Shown piece after piece: positions 27,477-37,656 of a stretch of 64,000 bases of DNA. Origin of the DNA: Candidatus Latescibacterota bacterium (lineage in GTDB: Bacteria; Latescibacterota; UBA2968; UBA8231); contig CBDETK010000013.1 of NCBI GenBank assembly GCA_965242865.1, positions 4,480,001-4,544,000 of the forward strand, given 5' to 3'. Every line of letters starts with the position of its first letter. The first letter of the stretch is position 1. A program made the position numbers and the translations under genes. Under the pieces are notes generated by a model. It searched no databases and was not told the DNA's origin. It saw only the letters and a list, made by a program, of their open reading frames with translations.

Positions 27477-28793
27477 CTAACTGTTCCAGCGCAAGAGAAC
27501 GACCTCTTCGCGTAAATGTTCTCGCGTCGCCGTAGAAAATCGCGTCCGAAACAAATCAATACCTGTTACTTCGTAGCCAAGATCTTCTGCGATATTAGAC
27601 AAAAGTTCTCCTGTGCGGATTAAAATCCGAAAGAAAGACGCTTGGTCACCGACGACATAAGCAAGTTGAGCTCCCGGAGCCAAAACCTGTTTTAACTCTT
27701 CTAGGTGCCGCGCCATTCCTCCAAAATACAACCTTACTACGCGAGCATAGAGTTTCTCAAACCCCGACGTCTTTTCCAGTTCTAGCCGACGCGTCTCTAT
27801 CCGATCTGCCAGCTCTTGTATGCGTTCGTTATCTTTAATCCAGCATTCATCCGCGTCTGCTTTATACACTCCCCTGCTATTAGATCGCAGCAAGTTTTGT
27901 TTTTGTCGTCGTAGATCGTCGCGGTTGTTTAGGTAGCCAAGCAAAACAGCCTCAAGACGAGTCGTTCTCGTATAATCCTTTTCGTTGGGGTATGGCGGCG
28001 AGGTTATAACCGCGTCGAACGCCAAAGGTTCTAAGCAGGAATCTATACTGCGCGAGTCTGTGAGTTTTACTAGCGATGGTACGGCCTTGTGGCTCTTGAC
28101 TTGGAGACAGCACAAATCATTAGCCATGTCTTTTACTCCCTTTAACCAAGGTGCAATAACCGGGGCATCTTCTTTGGGCTTCCCGACTCCTACTTCTGGT
28201 CCAAAGCGCAAATTACTGATACTGTACACTAGCTGTTTTGCGAGTGCTAATCTTTCGTATGCAATTAGGGGGTCATCTGGTTTTTTGTTTAGGCTATTTA
28301 TGAGGGCGAGAGCTTTATGTAAGGGTTTGGGACTTATGGAATTTTTGATAAGCAGGGCCTCTAATTCAGGTTCTAGTCGCTTTAGATCTATTTTTTTGCC
28401 GTTGGTACAAGGCTTAAAAAGAGGGTAATCTTCGATCCCTTCTCTTTTTAATTGAACCTCTACCTCTTCGGCAACGCTCTTGGCATGTCTAACAAGATTA
28501 TCGGGATCTATATCCCACCGGACCTTAGTTTGCGCGGCGAACTGTACCACGGGATTGGCCTCTAAGCCAGTGCTCGGAATGCCATTCTTCTTGCACTCAA
28601 CCAACGTTGTTCCCGTACCGCAGAATGGGTCCAGCACCCAGTGGCGTCTTGTCAGGCCAAACGTATCAATATAACGACGAACTAAGTGCGGCGGATAGGA
28701 AAGGACAAACCGATACCATTCGTGGATAGACAAATCTTCCGCGTAAATCCGGTTTAACTCCTCCCCGGCTTTAGCTTGTACTGCATATACCAT
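27477..28793 (-). CDS. N4-cytosine-type DNA methyltransferase (alpha order)
   Basis: VLDPFCGTGTT motif I followed by VITSPPY motif IV, and YVVGD. Confidence 0.92.
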   Translation of the reverse strand: MVYAVQAKAGEELNRIYAEDLSIHEWYRFVLSYPPHLVRRYIDTFGLTRRHWVLDPFCGTGTTLVECKKNGIPSTGLEANPVVQFAAQTKVRWDIDPDNLVRHAKSVAEEVEVQLKREGIEDYPLFKPCTNGKKIDLKRLEPELEALLIKNSISPKPLHKALALINSLNKKPDDPLIAYERLALAKQLVYSISNLRFGPEVGVGKPKEDAPVIAPWLKGVKDMANDLCCLQVKSHKAVPSLVKLTDSRSIDSCLEPLAFDAVITSPPYPNEKDYTRTTRLEAVLLGYLNNRDDLRRQKQNLLRSNSRGVYKADADECWIKDNERIQELADRIETRRLELEKTSGFEKLYARVVRLYFGGMARHLEELKQVLAPGAQLAYVVGDQASFFRILIRTGELLSNIAEDLGYEVTGIDLFRTRFSTATREHLREEVVLLRWNS

Positions 28794-28806
28794 TTCTTTA
28801 TCTTTC

Positions 28807-29058
28807 CTACTCTTCGACAGAAGACTCTATTGTCTCGCCGAGACTGTAAACAGGGGATAATTCGCCAATCATATCGCTCATCTTCTGTCTGTCAGACGAG
28901 TTTTCCAACAACTGGCTAAAATCCGCCAAACTCATTATGATTGCCTGCGATACATTGCGTCGCTTGACAACGTACCGAGTTCGATCTTGAACGACCGAGT
29001 CTATTATCTGGCCAAAGTTATTTTGCGCCTTAGTCGATGTTATGACTTTTGTTTCCAT
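28807..29058 (-). CDS. Phd/YefM family protein co-oriented upstream of MTase
   Basis: VITSTKAQNNFGQIIDSV...YVVKRR...AIIMSLADF. AGGAGG RBS, 13 nt before the MTase start. Confidence 0.8.
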   Translation of the reverse strand: METKVITSTKAQNNFGQIIDSVVQDRTRYVVKRRNVSQAIIMSLADFSQLLENSSDRQKMSDMIGELSPVYSLGETIESSVEE

Positions 29059-29082
29059 GCGGGTGTACCTCCTAATTTATCC

Positions 29083-29096
29083 ATATTAGCTAATAT
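29083..29096. promoter_or_regulatory. perfect palindrome upstream of phd-MTase operon
   Basis: ATATTAGCTAATAT lies between a minus-strand TTGACA (29133-29138) and the RBS. Confidence 0.55.
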
Positions 29097-29209
29097 AGCC
29101 TTTGTCCCTAAACTGAACGAAGAATGCACCTCTGTCAAGGCTTTAACGAAGATTCCTCGCCGCACGAGGATAGGTTGCGGGAGCCTGCACAGTTTGCTAG
29201 AATTCACTC

Positions 29210-29423
29210 TAAATCAACGAGACTGGAAGCACGAAAACCCCATCAACCTCGCCGAGCGCGACAAGTACTACATACGCAGGCCATCCCGCCCGAGTGGATT
29301 GCACGCGCTAGTCCTCAACGCAAAAAACTCTTTCTCCGCGAGCCTTATACCGAGGGATGCTGGGCGGCCTGAGCACTTAGGCCAATATCGCGACCCAAGC
29401 CACTATAGGAGCCTTACCATGAG
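29210..29423 (+). pseudogene. collapsed second copy of phyH gene (two internal deletions)
   Basis: Three joined pieces match about 25649-25659, 26035-26085 and 26387-26536. Confidence 0.9.
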
Positions 29424-30597
29424 AGTAGCCGCCATCGCCACCATCTACTATCCCAAGTCACATGCCGACGTCATTGCCACCAAGTTTATGAAGGGCATGT
29501 CCACGGACGAGGGCCTAATGCCCCCCGAAGTGGAGCTCGTGTCCTTGTACATCGACCACGTGCTGGAAAACGACATCGGCGTGAGCTTGGCCCAAGAGTA
29601 CGGGGTACCCATTTATCCCAGCATCCGCCGCGCCCTGCATGCAGGGGCCGACCGGCTCAACGTAGATGCGGTGCTGCTCATCGGCGAGCACGGCGACTAC
29701 CCTTGGAACGAGCGGGGCCGCCATTTGTACCCGCGCCGCCATTTCTTTGAGCAAATCGCTGGAGTCTTTGCCGAGAGCGACCGCTCGGTGCCCGTATTTT
29801 CAGATAAACATTTAGCGTACGACTTTAGGGACGCCCAGTGGATGTGGGATCGGGCTGGAGAACTGGGCATCCCGCTGATGGCCGGGTCGTCGCTGCCCTT
29901 GGCTTGGCGCAGCCCTTGGCTGGAGCACCCCAAGGAGACGCCCATTGAGGAAGCTCTGTCCATCGGCTACGGCGGTATCGAGGCGTATGGGTATCATGCC
30001 TTAGAGACTTTGCAGTGCATGGTTGAGCGCCGCCGCGGCGGCGAACAGGGGGTGGCGTGGGTGCAGTGCCTCGAAGGGGACGATGTGTGGCGTGCCCGCG
30101 ACGAGGGATTGTGGTCTGGGGAGTTGGCCGAGGCTGCTTGCGCTGCCATTGCCAAAAAGAAGGATGGCCCCATGGAGAAACGCACCAAAGAGCCGGCTGT
30201 CTTCCTCATGGAACACCGCGATGGCTTGCGCACGGCGACCTTGATGCTCAACGGCTATGTCAGCGACTTCGCCTATGCCGCACGGATAGGAGGGCAGGTG
30301 CAGGCCACGGAGTTCTACCTGCAAAACAGAGGGCCGTTTGCCCATTTCGGCTATCTATGCCGCAACATCCAGCAGTTTTTCAAAACGGGTCAGGCCCCGT
30401 ATCCGCCCGAGCGCACCCTGCTGACGACCGGGGTTATCGACGCGGTGATGAACTCGCGCTACGAAGAGCACCGCCGCGTCGAGACGCCTTACTTAAACAT
30501 CGCCTACCAGTCTTACGACCAGATGCCGCAGCGACCACAGGGGCCGCGGCCTAGGGGAGCCTGCGTCGATCCGCAGTCGCCCGACATTCTGGGCTAA
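29419..30597 (+). CDS. conserved hypothetical protein, distantly Gfo/Idh/MocA-like
   Basis: DAVLLIGEHGDYP, VFSDKHL, LMAGSSLP, YGYHALE, PPERTLLTTG. AGGAG RBS. Confidence 0.8.
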   Translation: MRVAAIATIYYPKSHADVIATKFMKGMSTDEGLMPPEVELVSLYIDHVLENDIGVSLAQEYGVPIYPSIRRALHAGADRLNVDAVLLIGEHGDYPWNERGRHLYPRRHFFEQIAGVFAESDRSVPVFSDKHLAYDFRDAQWMWDRAGELGIPLMAGSSLPLAWRSPWLEHPKETPIEEALSIGYGGIEAYGYHALETLQCMVERRRGGEQGVAWVQCLEGDDVWRARDEGLWSGELAEAACAAIAKKKDGPMEKRTKEPAVFLMEHRDGLRTATLMLNGYVSDFAYAARIGGQVQATEFYLQNRGPFAHFGYLCRNIQQFFKTGQAPYPPERTLLTTGVIDAVMNSRYEEHRRVETPYLNIAYQSYDQMPQRPQGPRPRGACVDPQSPDILG

Positions 30598-30622
30598 CGC
30601 GCCTCGCGCCGAAGTGTCGGCT

Positions 30623-30937
30623 TCAGCTCTTCAATTCGACGATGACATTCCGCCACGGCCCTGCACCGGCGTTAAACGCTTCGTGTACCGCCTCCCCCTC
30701 AATTGCATTGAACCGCACCTCCCCGTCCTTCATGTCCCTCGGCGCCCCGCGGTTTCCCTCTGCATCGGCCGCCTGCAACCGACCATCGCCAATAACTACG
30801 TATAGATAGTCGTGCTCGTGCCGGTGCAAACCCGTGCTCTCGCCTGGTGCCAACCGCAGGTCCCAAACCCGCACTCGCTCATTCTCAAAAAGCAATTGCG
30901 TTCCCACTGCCGGTGAAACAGTACTGGCTTTGTTCAT
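30623..30937 (-). CDS. cupin domain protein
   Basis: FENERVRVW, PGESTGLHRHEHDY, HEAFN...VELK. AGGAGGAGG RBS. Confidence 0.88.
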   Translation of the reverse strand: MNKASTVSPAVGTQLLFENERVRVWDLRLAPGESTGLHRHEHDYLYVVIGDGRLQAADAEGNRGAPRDMKDGEVRFNAIEGEAVHEAFNAGAGPWRNVIVELKS

Positions 30938-31107
30938 AAGTCCCTCCTCCTTTCGCGCCCAAGATATACGTAGGGGGACCCACTCACAACCCCACTTGCG
31001 CTGGCCGAGGCCCCTGTCCTTGAGACGAGGCGCAAGTTGCGTTTTATTGTTGAACGACACCGAATAAGTTGCCGCTTTTAACCAAGCGACCATCTCAAGG
31101 GACTCCA

Positions 31108-32595
31108 ATGGCAAACGACAGACCTCACGTCCTCCTGATTACGACCGATCATTGGTCCGCTTCCCTTTTGGGCGAAGCCAACCATTCCGCCATTCTCACC
31201 CCCACGCTCGACTCCTTAGCCCGCAGCGGCACTCGCTTCTCCAACGCCTATAGCGAATGCCCGGTCTGCATCCCCGCTCGCCGTACCCTGATGACGGGCA
31301 CTGCGCCGCGCACCCACGGCGACCGGGTCTTCAAAACAACCGCTCCCATGCCCGAGCTGCCGACTGTGGCGCAGACCTTCCGCAACGCCGGCTACCAAGC
31401 TTATGCCGTTGGCAAGCTCCACGTCTATCCCCAGCGCGACCGCATTGGTTTCGACGATGTGCTCCTCGACGAAGAGGGCCGGCCGCACTTGGGTGCTGTT
31501 GACGACTACGATCTCTTCCTCGCCGACAAAGGCCATGCGGGCTTGGGATTCGCCCACGGCATGAGCAACAATGAATACTCCTTCCGCCCCTATCACTTGC
31601 CCGAGGACTGCCACCCCACCACTTGGGCGGCGCGCCAGATGAGCCGGATGATCCAACGGCGCAACCCGGCCAAGCCCGGCTTCTGGTATCTGTCTTTCCG
31701 CCATCCGCACCCACCGCTGGTCCCCTTGCAGAGCTATCTCGATCTGTACCGCGACATCGACATGGACGCACCCCACCACGGCACTTGGGCACGCTCCTTC
31801 GACGCTCTGCCTTACGCACTCAAAGTCATTCAGGGGGCCAACGCCCACCTCAAGGGGCTGGAAGTTCTCCGCATTCGCCGGGCCTTCTACGCGCTCTGCA
31901 CCCAGATTGACCACCAACTTCGCGTAGTCCTTGGCACCCTGCGCGAGGAGGGGCTGCTCGACAATACCATTATTTGCTTCACGGCCGATCACGGCGACAT
32001 GCTCGGCAACCACGGTCTCTGGGCCAAGCGGCTCTACTACGAGCAGGCGGCCAATGTGCCCATGATCTTGCTCGGCGGCCGCCGCGGCCGAGTGCCACAC
32101 CATGCTGTCGATGACCGCCTCGTCGGCTGGCAGGACGTCATGCCGACGTTACTCGACCTAGCGGACATCGACATCCCCGGCACCGTCGAGGGCCTGTCGA
32201 TGGTCGGCGAGGAACGACGGCCGCACCTCTATGGAGAATGCAGCGAAGGGCCGCAGGCCACCCGCATGATCCGCATGGGGCGACACAAGCTGATTTACTA
32301 TCCGGTGGGCAACCGCGTCCAGTTCTTCGATCTTGAAAGCGATCCCCGCGAACTGAACGACCTAGCCGATTCACCCGACCACTCTGCAACGCGGGGCCAG
32401 CTCAGCGGGCTCCTCATCGACGAGCTCTACGGTGGCGACGAAGCCTGGGTCCAAGGCGGTCAACTCGTCGGCCTGCCCGACCAGCAATGGACCTCCCAGC
32501 CCAACCGCAACCTCTCCGGTCAACGCGGCCTGCACTATCCCGTTCCGCCCTCGACCGGCACCAGTGAAGGCGTCCAACGCAAGCCGCAGCGGTGA
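31108..32595 (+). CDS. sulfatase (Cys-type, formylglycine dependent)
   Basis: CPVCIPARRTLMTG, GKLH, PHPP, FTADHGDMLG. Confidence 0.93.
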   Translation: MANDRPHVLLITTDHWSASLLGEANHSAILTPTLDSLARSGTRFSNAYSECPVCIPARRTLMTGTAPRTHGDRVFKTTAPMPELPTVAQTFRNAGYQAYAVGKLHVYPQRDRIGFDDVLLDEEGRPHLGAVDDYDLFLADKGHAGLGFAHGMSNNEYSFRPYHLPEDCHPTTWAARQMSRMIQRRNPAKPGFWYLSFRHPHPPLVPLQSYLDLYRDIDMDAPHHGTWARSFDALPYALKVIQGANAHLKGLEVLRIRRAFYALCTQIDHQLRVVLGTLREEGLLDNTIICFTADHGDMLGNHGLWAKRLYYEQAANVPMILLGGRRGRVPHHAVDDRLVGWQDVMPTLLDLADIDIPGTVEGLSMVGEERRPHLYGECSEGPQATRMIRMGRHKLIYYPVGNRVQFFDLESDPRELNDLADSPDHSATRGQLSGLLIDELYGGDEAWVQGGQLVGLPDQQWTSQPNRNLSGQRGLHYPVPPSTGTSEGVQRKPQR

Positions 32596-32643
32596 GTACG
32601 CGGGCCAATTTGCCCAGAGGGGCTGTCGGCCTTTTCTTTTTTT

Positions 32644-33942
32644 ATGCCCGACACCCCAGCCACGGCCCATCCCGACCACAGAATTTCCCCAGCCACTCGT
32701 CGCCGCAGCCAGTCGCGGCTGATCGGCAGTGCCGTTAGCGGCTCGATCAACAACGCCCTGCTCACTTCTCTCGTCCCGCTCTTTCTCCTGTCCCTGAACG
32801 CTTCGCCTTTTCTCATCGGCTTAGTCGCCACCAGCGAATACCTCCAGAAGATGGGGCGCGTCGTTGGGTTGCAACTAATGCACCGCACCGGGAAGGCCGG
32901 GCTTTTCTTTTGGGGCCGACTCTGCTCGGTGCCGGCGGGGCTGGCCTTGGCGTTGTTGGCGTTCTACGGCGCGGACGGGGCTTGGGCCGCTTGGATCGGC
33001 CTAGCCCTGTTTAGCACCCGCGGCCTCATCCAACAAGGGGGCAACACCGCTTGGTGGCCCCTTGTCCAAGACAACACCTCTAGCGGCGGGGTCGGAGCCT
33101 TTCTCACGCGCATGCGCCTTCAGCAGCGTCTCCTCGAACTCGTCTTGCCGATCTCGATCGGCTGGTATCTCGGCTCGCAGCCCAAGGCCGGCGATTTCGG
33201 CCCGCTCTTTGCGCTCGCGGTCTTTTCCACCTGCGGCGGGGCCTTGTTGGTGCGCGGAGTCGCTGAGCGATCCCTGGCGCCGCCGAAAGAGGGCCTATTC
33301 CGCCGCTTGCGCCAAGCGCTGGCCGCGCCCCCGATGCGCGCCTACGCGCTTTTTGTCATGGCCCGCACGGCCGTACTCGCTGCGACCTTTCCGCTGTGGG
33401 TCGTGGCACTGATCGACTGGGGGCTGCCCGTTAGCTATTTCGTCTGGATGACGCCAGTCCAAGCCCTCGGCTATGTGGCCGGCCTGCATGGCTGGGGCCG
33501 GATGGTGGACCGGCACGGCAGCCGCGGGGCGCTGACCATCACCCTGTTGCTGCAAGCGGCCATGGCCCCCGCTTGGCTCTTCCTGCCGGCCGAACTCCCG
33601 TGGATCGCGCTTTGGGCGGGGGGCGTCTATTTGCTCTGGGGAGCACTCGATGGCGGCCACCAGATGGGCCAGTCGCGGGCGATGCTCAACGCCGTTTCCA
33701 AGGAGTACCAAGCAGAGGGATTCTCTCTTGCGATGTACGCCTCGGCACTGGGCGGTTTTGTGGGCGGCATCGCCGGTGGGGCTTGTTTCCAGTGGTCTGC
33801 GGCACTGGCTGGGCCGCGGGGGCCGCTCTTTTATTTGTGTGCGGTCCAGCTCGCGTTTGCTGCGGCTTGGCTGCTCAGTACTCGGCTGGCCGGCTACCAA
33901 AAGCAAACCCCGGTGCGCCGCTTCTGGGCCTTGTCGTCTTAA
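32644..33942 (+). CDS. MFS transporter
   Basis: About 12 TM segments and WGRMVDRHGSR motif A. Confidence 0.82.
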   Translation: MPDTPATAHPDHRISPATRRRSQSRLIGSAVSGSINNALLTSLVPLFLLSLNASPFLIGLVATSEYLQKMGRVVGLQLMHRTGKAGLFFWGRLCSVPAGLALALLAFYGADGAWAAWIGLALFSTRGLIQQGGNTAWWPLVQDNTSSGGVGAFLTRMRLQQRLLELVLPISIGWYLGSQPKAGDFGPLFALAVFSTCGGALLVRGVAERSLAPPKEGLFRRLRQALAAPPMRAYALFVMARTAVLAATFPLWVVALIDWGLPVSYFVWMTPVQALGYVAGLHGWGRMVDRHGSRGALTITLLLQAAMAPAWLFLPAELPWIALWAGGVYLLWGALDGGHQMGQSRAMLNAVSKEYQAEGFSLAMYASALGGFVGGIAGGACFQWSAALAGPRGPLFYLCAVQLAFAAAWLLSTRLAGYQKQTPVRRFWALSS

Positions 33943-34012
33943 TGCCCTCGTCTTATCGTTTTGCGTTGCTAATTTCGCGTTGATTCTCACTTCCCCCAAT
34001 GCCCTCAGACCG

Positions 34013-35122
34013 ATGATCCACACCGCACAGATGCTTGCCGAACTCGTCGAGCGCGCCTTAGACTGCGAGCGCGTTGCCTTAGACACTGAATTCGTCTGGA
34101 ACCGCACCTATTATCCCAAGTTAGGCGTGATCCAATTGGCCCTCGCTGGCGACAGTTGCCACCTGATTGACCCGGTGGCAATTGCGGATCTGTCGCCCCT
34201 CGGTGCCCTGCTAGAACACGCAGAGGTTGAGTTGATTCTCCACGACGCCCAACAAGACTTGGCGATTCTGCGCCGGGTCACGGGCGCTTTTCCGCGCAAC
34301 GTCTTCGACACCCGCTGCGCGGCCGGGCTTGCCAATATGAGTTCCACCACTTCGCTGGCCGAGCTCTTGGAGCAGACCCTCGGCGTGGTGCTCGACAAGA
34401 CCGAGACGCTCACCAACTGGGTCCGCCGCCCGCTCTCTGAGGATCAACTGGCCTACGCCATTGAGGATGTGCGCTACCTGCACGAGGTGCGCGAGGTGTT
34501 GCAGGGGCGTCTCAAGGCCATTGGTCGCAGCGCTTGGCTCGCAGAGGAGCTGGCCGCGTATGACGATCCGCGGCTATACGAGGAGCGAGTTCCGCGCGAG
34601 CAATTCACGCGGATCAAGGGCACAGGCCGAGCTTCCCCGCGCGAGTTGGCCATCCTCCGCGAATTGGCCGCTTGGCGCGAGGAGGAAGCCCGGCGATGCG
34701 ACCGGCCGCGCAATCGCGTCCTGACGGACGAAACCCTCGTGTTACTAGCGCGGCGCAAGCCCCGGTCGCTCAAGGAACTGAGCCGGGTCCACGCGCTCCG
34801 CAGTCGCCGCTACAACCGCTGCATCCTCGAGCAAATTCACCGCGGCTTGGCCGTCCCCGACGAGGAGTGCCCGCGCCGGCCGCGCCCGCCGGACCTCGAT
34901 AAGGAAATCGTCGAGCGCAAACTCGCTCAGTCCATGAAGTACCTGCGCCAGCAGAGCGACGCCGCGCAAATTGACCCGCCCTTTGTCGCGGCCCGCGCTG
35001 AAGTGCGCAACCTAGTCATCGACGCGGTCGCTGCCACGCCCGCGGATCATCGCCTCCTGCGCGGGTGGCGGCGCGACTTCATCGGCGAAGCCCTATACGG
35101 CATCGCCACGTGCCCCGAGTAG
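34013..35122 (+). CDS. rnd: ribonuclease D
   Basis: VALDTEF, HDAQQDL, FDTR, NWVRRPLSEDQLAYAIEDV, HRDC domain. Confidence 0.92.
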   Translation: MIHTAQMLAELVERALDCERVALDTEFVWNRTYYPKLGVIQLALAGDSCHLIDPVAIADLSPLGALLEHAEVELILHDAQQDLAILRRVTGAFPRNVFDTRCAAGLANMSSTTSLAELLEQTLGVVLDKTETLTNWVRRPLSEDQLAYAIEDVRYLHEVREVLQGRLKAIGRSAWLAEELAAYDDPRLYEERVPREQFTRIKGTGRASPRELAILRELAAWREEEARRCDRPRNRVLTDETLVLLARRKPRSLKELSRVHALRSRRYNRCILEQIHRGLAVPDEECPRRPRPPDLDKEIVERKLAQSMKYLRQQSDAAQIDPPFVAARAEVRNLVIDAVAATPADHRLLRGWRRDFIGEALYGIATCPE

Positions 35123-35161
35123 GCCGCGCCCGATTATACATAGAGGGAGTCGCCTACGCAC

Positions 35162-36475
35162 CTAGTCGTAGTACTCTTGCCCCAAGTGGGTAATCAGCTC
35201 TTCGCCCCGCAGGAAGCGCAGCGTGTTCTTGAGCTTCATTAGCTGAATGAAGAGATCGTGTTCGGGGTAGAGGTCGGGCGCGGTCATCGGGCTTTTGAAG
35301 TAAAACGAGAGCCACTCTTGGATCCCCGCCATCTGCGCCCGCTGCGCCAAATCGGCAAACAGCACCAAGTCCAAGACCAGCGGCGCGGCGAGAACCGAAT
35401 CGCGGCAGAGGAAATCGACCTTGATCTGCATGGGCATGCCCAGCCAGCCGAAGATGTCGATGTTGTCCCAACCCTCTTTCTCGTCGCCGCGCGGAGGATA
35501 GTAGTTGATGCGCACTTTGTGGTAAATATCGCCGTAGAGCTGGGGGTAGAGGTTGGGCTGCAAGATAAATTCCAGCACATCGAGCTTGCTGACTTCCTTG
35601 GTCTTGAATGAGTCGGGGTCGTCGAGCACCTCGCCGTCGCGATTGCCCAAAATGTTAGTCGAAAACCAGCCCTGTACCCCGAGCATCCGCGCCTTGAGAC
35701 CAGGGGCGAGCAAGGTCTTCATCAGGGTTTGGCCGGTCTTGAAGTCCTTGCCGCCAATGGGCACGCCCTTTTGCCGCGCCAATTCGACCATGGCTGGGAC
35801 ATCCACGGTCAAGTTCGGCGCACCGTTTAGAAAGGGCACACCTTCCTGTAGCGCGGCGTAGGCGTAAATCATGCTCGGGGAAATGGCCGGGTGGTTTTCC
35901 TTAATGGCTTTTTCGAGGCTCTCGATCTCGTTGTGTACTTCGTGGTGCTCCATGAAAACCTCAGTGCTGCCACACCAGATCATCACCAGCCGCTCCACGC
36001 GGTTGTCGGCCTTGAAACGCTGGATGTCTTCGCGCACTTCGAGCACGGCGTCCCACTTGCTCTTGGTGCTTTTGACGTTGGAGCCTTCGAGGCGGCGCAC
36101 ATAGCTGCGGTCGAAAATTGCCGACATTGGTTTGACGGCTTTGAGCGGGTCCTTGAGCGGGTCGAGCAGCCTTTGGTCCAAGACGCCGGCGTGGACAGCC
36201 GAGTCATAGGCGTCCTCTGGAAAGACGTCCCAGCCGCCAAAGACTAGACTGTCGAGACCGGCCAGCGGCACAAAGTCCTTGATCAGCGGCGAGCGGCCCG
36301 CAGTGCGCTTGCCTAGGCGGATGGTGCCCATCTGGGTCAGCGAGCCAATGGGCTGGCCGGTGCCGGCTTTGATGGCTTCGACGCCGGCGATAACCGTGGT
36401 GGCCACAGCACCCATGCCGGGAATTAGGACGCCGAGTTTGCCCGTGGCTGGGGCGATGGATTTGGGTTGGTTCAC
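35162..36475 (-). CDS. ino1: myo-inositol-1-phosphate synthase
   Basis: GKDFKTGQTLMK, NILGNRDG, DFLCRDSVLAAPL, SFYFKSP. Confidence 0.95.
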   Translation of the reverse strand: MNQPKSIAPATGKLGVLIPGMGAVATTVIAGVEAIKAGTGQPIGSLTQMGTIRLGKRTAGRSPLIKDFVPLAGLDSLVFGGWDVFPEDAYDSAVHAGVLDQRLLDPLKDPLKAVKPMSAIFDRSYVRRLEGSNVKSTKSKWDAVLEVREDIQRFKADNRVERLVMIWCGSTEVFMEHHEVHNEIESLEKAIKENHPAISPSMIYAYAALQEGVPFLNGAPNLTVDVPAMVELARQKGVPIGGKDFKTGQTLMKTLLAPGLKARMLGVQGWFSTNILGNRDGEVLDDPDSFKTKEVSKLDVLEFILQPNLYPQLYGDIYHKVRINYYPPRGDEKEGWDNIDIFGWLGMPMQIKVDFLCRDSVLAAPLVLDLVLFADLAQRAQMAGIQEWLSFYFKSPMTAPDLYPEHDLFIQLMKLKNTLRFLRGEELITHLGQEYYD

Positions 36476-36660
36476 GGGAGTCTCCTTTTGCTTTGCTTTG
36501 AAAGGTTTATGTGGTTCGCTGCTAAGACGAGATAAAAAAGTAGAGTATTCTACTTATTGGGCAAATTGATTATTGCTATGTAACTAATAGAAAAAATCAA
36601 TATATCTTATATAGCGACAGCACAAACGCGGCGGGGTCAGAAACTACAAAAAGACGGGGA

Positions 36661-37656
36661 TTAGGCGGCGAGGCGTTCTGGGTCGGTGTCGCGCAGTTCC
36701 GCGAGGCGATCGAACAAAGGAGTTAGCTCCTTGTAGCTGGCCAGTTCGGCCCTGAGCCGCGCCGCGCCGCGCAAACCGCGAAAGTACCCGGCGTAGTGGC
36801 GGCGCATGCTGACCAGTGCTTCTTGCGGGCCGCCGTGCTCAACGGCCAGTCGCAGGTGCTTGAGGCACAGCTCGGCGCACTCCTGCCAGCTTGGTTCGGG
36901 CAAGAGCGCACCCGTCTCCAGATAGTACCGGGACTCGCGAAAAATCCACGGATGGCGGATGGCGCCGCGGCCGATCATCACTCCGTCGCATCCCGTGCGG
37001 TCGAAGGCGCGTTTGACCAGCTGCGGCGAGGTCACATCGCCGTTGAGAACGATCGGGACCGAGACCGCGGCCTTGACCTTGGGTATCCACTCGTAGGCCA
37101 CCGCGCCCTTGTGCCCTTGCGCCCGAGTGCGGCAGTGAATGGCCAGTGCTTGGACGCCCAGATCCTCGAGCATCTGGGCTACTTCAACGATGCGGATGCT
37201 CTGCTGGTCCCAGCCGAGGCGCGTCTTTACGGTCACCGGCAAGTGCGTCGCGCCAATGACGCGCGAGACGACCTCCTTCATCTGCGGCAAATCGCGCAAC
37301 AGCCCGGCCCCAGCGCCGCGCAACGCCACATTGCTCACCCAGCAGCCGCAGTTGATGTCGATGAAGTCTGGATTCTGCGCGCTGGCAATCTCAGCGGCTT
37401 TCTCCATCGACAGCGAGGCCGCGCCGTAAATCTGGATCGCCAAAGGCCGCTCCGCTGCTGAAAAACGCAACTTGCGAAAAGCGCGGCGCGGCCCATTGGG
37501 ATCTTCGCGCAACAGCCCCTCGGCATTGACGAATTCAGTGTACGCGATGTCGGCACCCAGCTCCCGGCAAATCAGGCGGAAGGGCTGCTGGGAGACCGCC
37601 TCCATGGGCGCAAGCAGGATGCCGGGATCCGCGGTTATTGGGCCGATGCGGAACAT
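36661..37656 (-). CDS. dusB: tRNA-dihydrouridine synthase B
   Basis: LAPME, IDINCGC, GAGAGLL, VTVKTRLGW, GVMIGRGA. TAATG overlap with the upstream gene. Confidence 0.92.
   Translation of the reverse strand: MFRIGPITADPGILLAPMEAVSQQPFRLICRELGADIAYTEFVNAEGLLREDPNGPRRAFRKLRFSAAERPLAIQIYGAASLSMEKAAEIASAQNPDFIDINCGCWVSNVALRGAGAGLLRDLPQMKEVVSRVIGATHLPVTVKTRLGWDQQSIRIVEVAQMLEDLGVQALAIHCRTRAQGHKGAVAYEWIPKVKAAVSVPIVLNGDVTSPQLVKRAFDRTGCDGVMIGRGAIRHPWIFRESRYYLETGALLPEPSWQECAELCLKHLRLAVEHGGPQEALVSMRRHYAGYFRGLRGAARLRAELASYKELTPLFDRLAELRDTDPERLAA

Noticed and set aside
28987-29418. Long N-terminal extension of the 536-aa ORF
   Set aside because: It is read-through across the phd promoter and the collapsed phyH remnant. 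The real start is 29419 with an AGGAG RBS.
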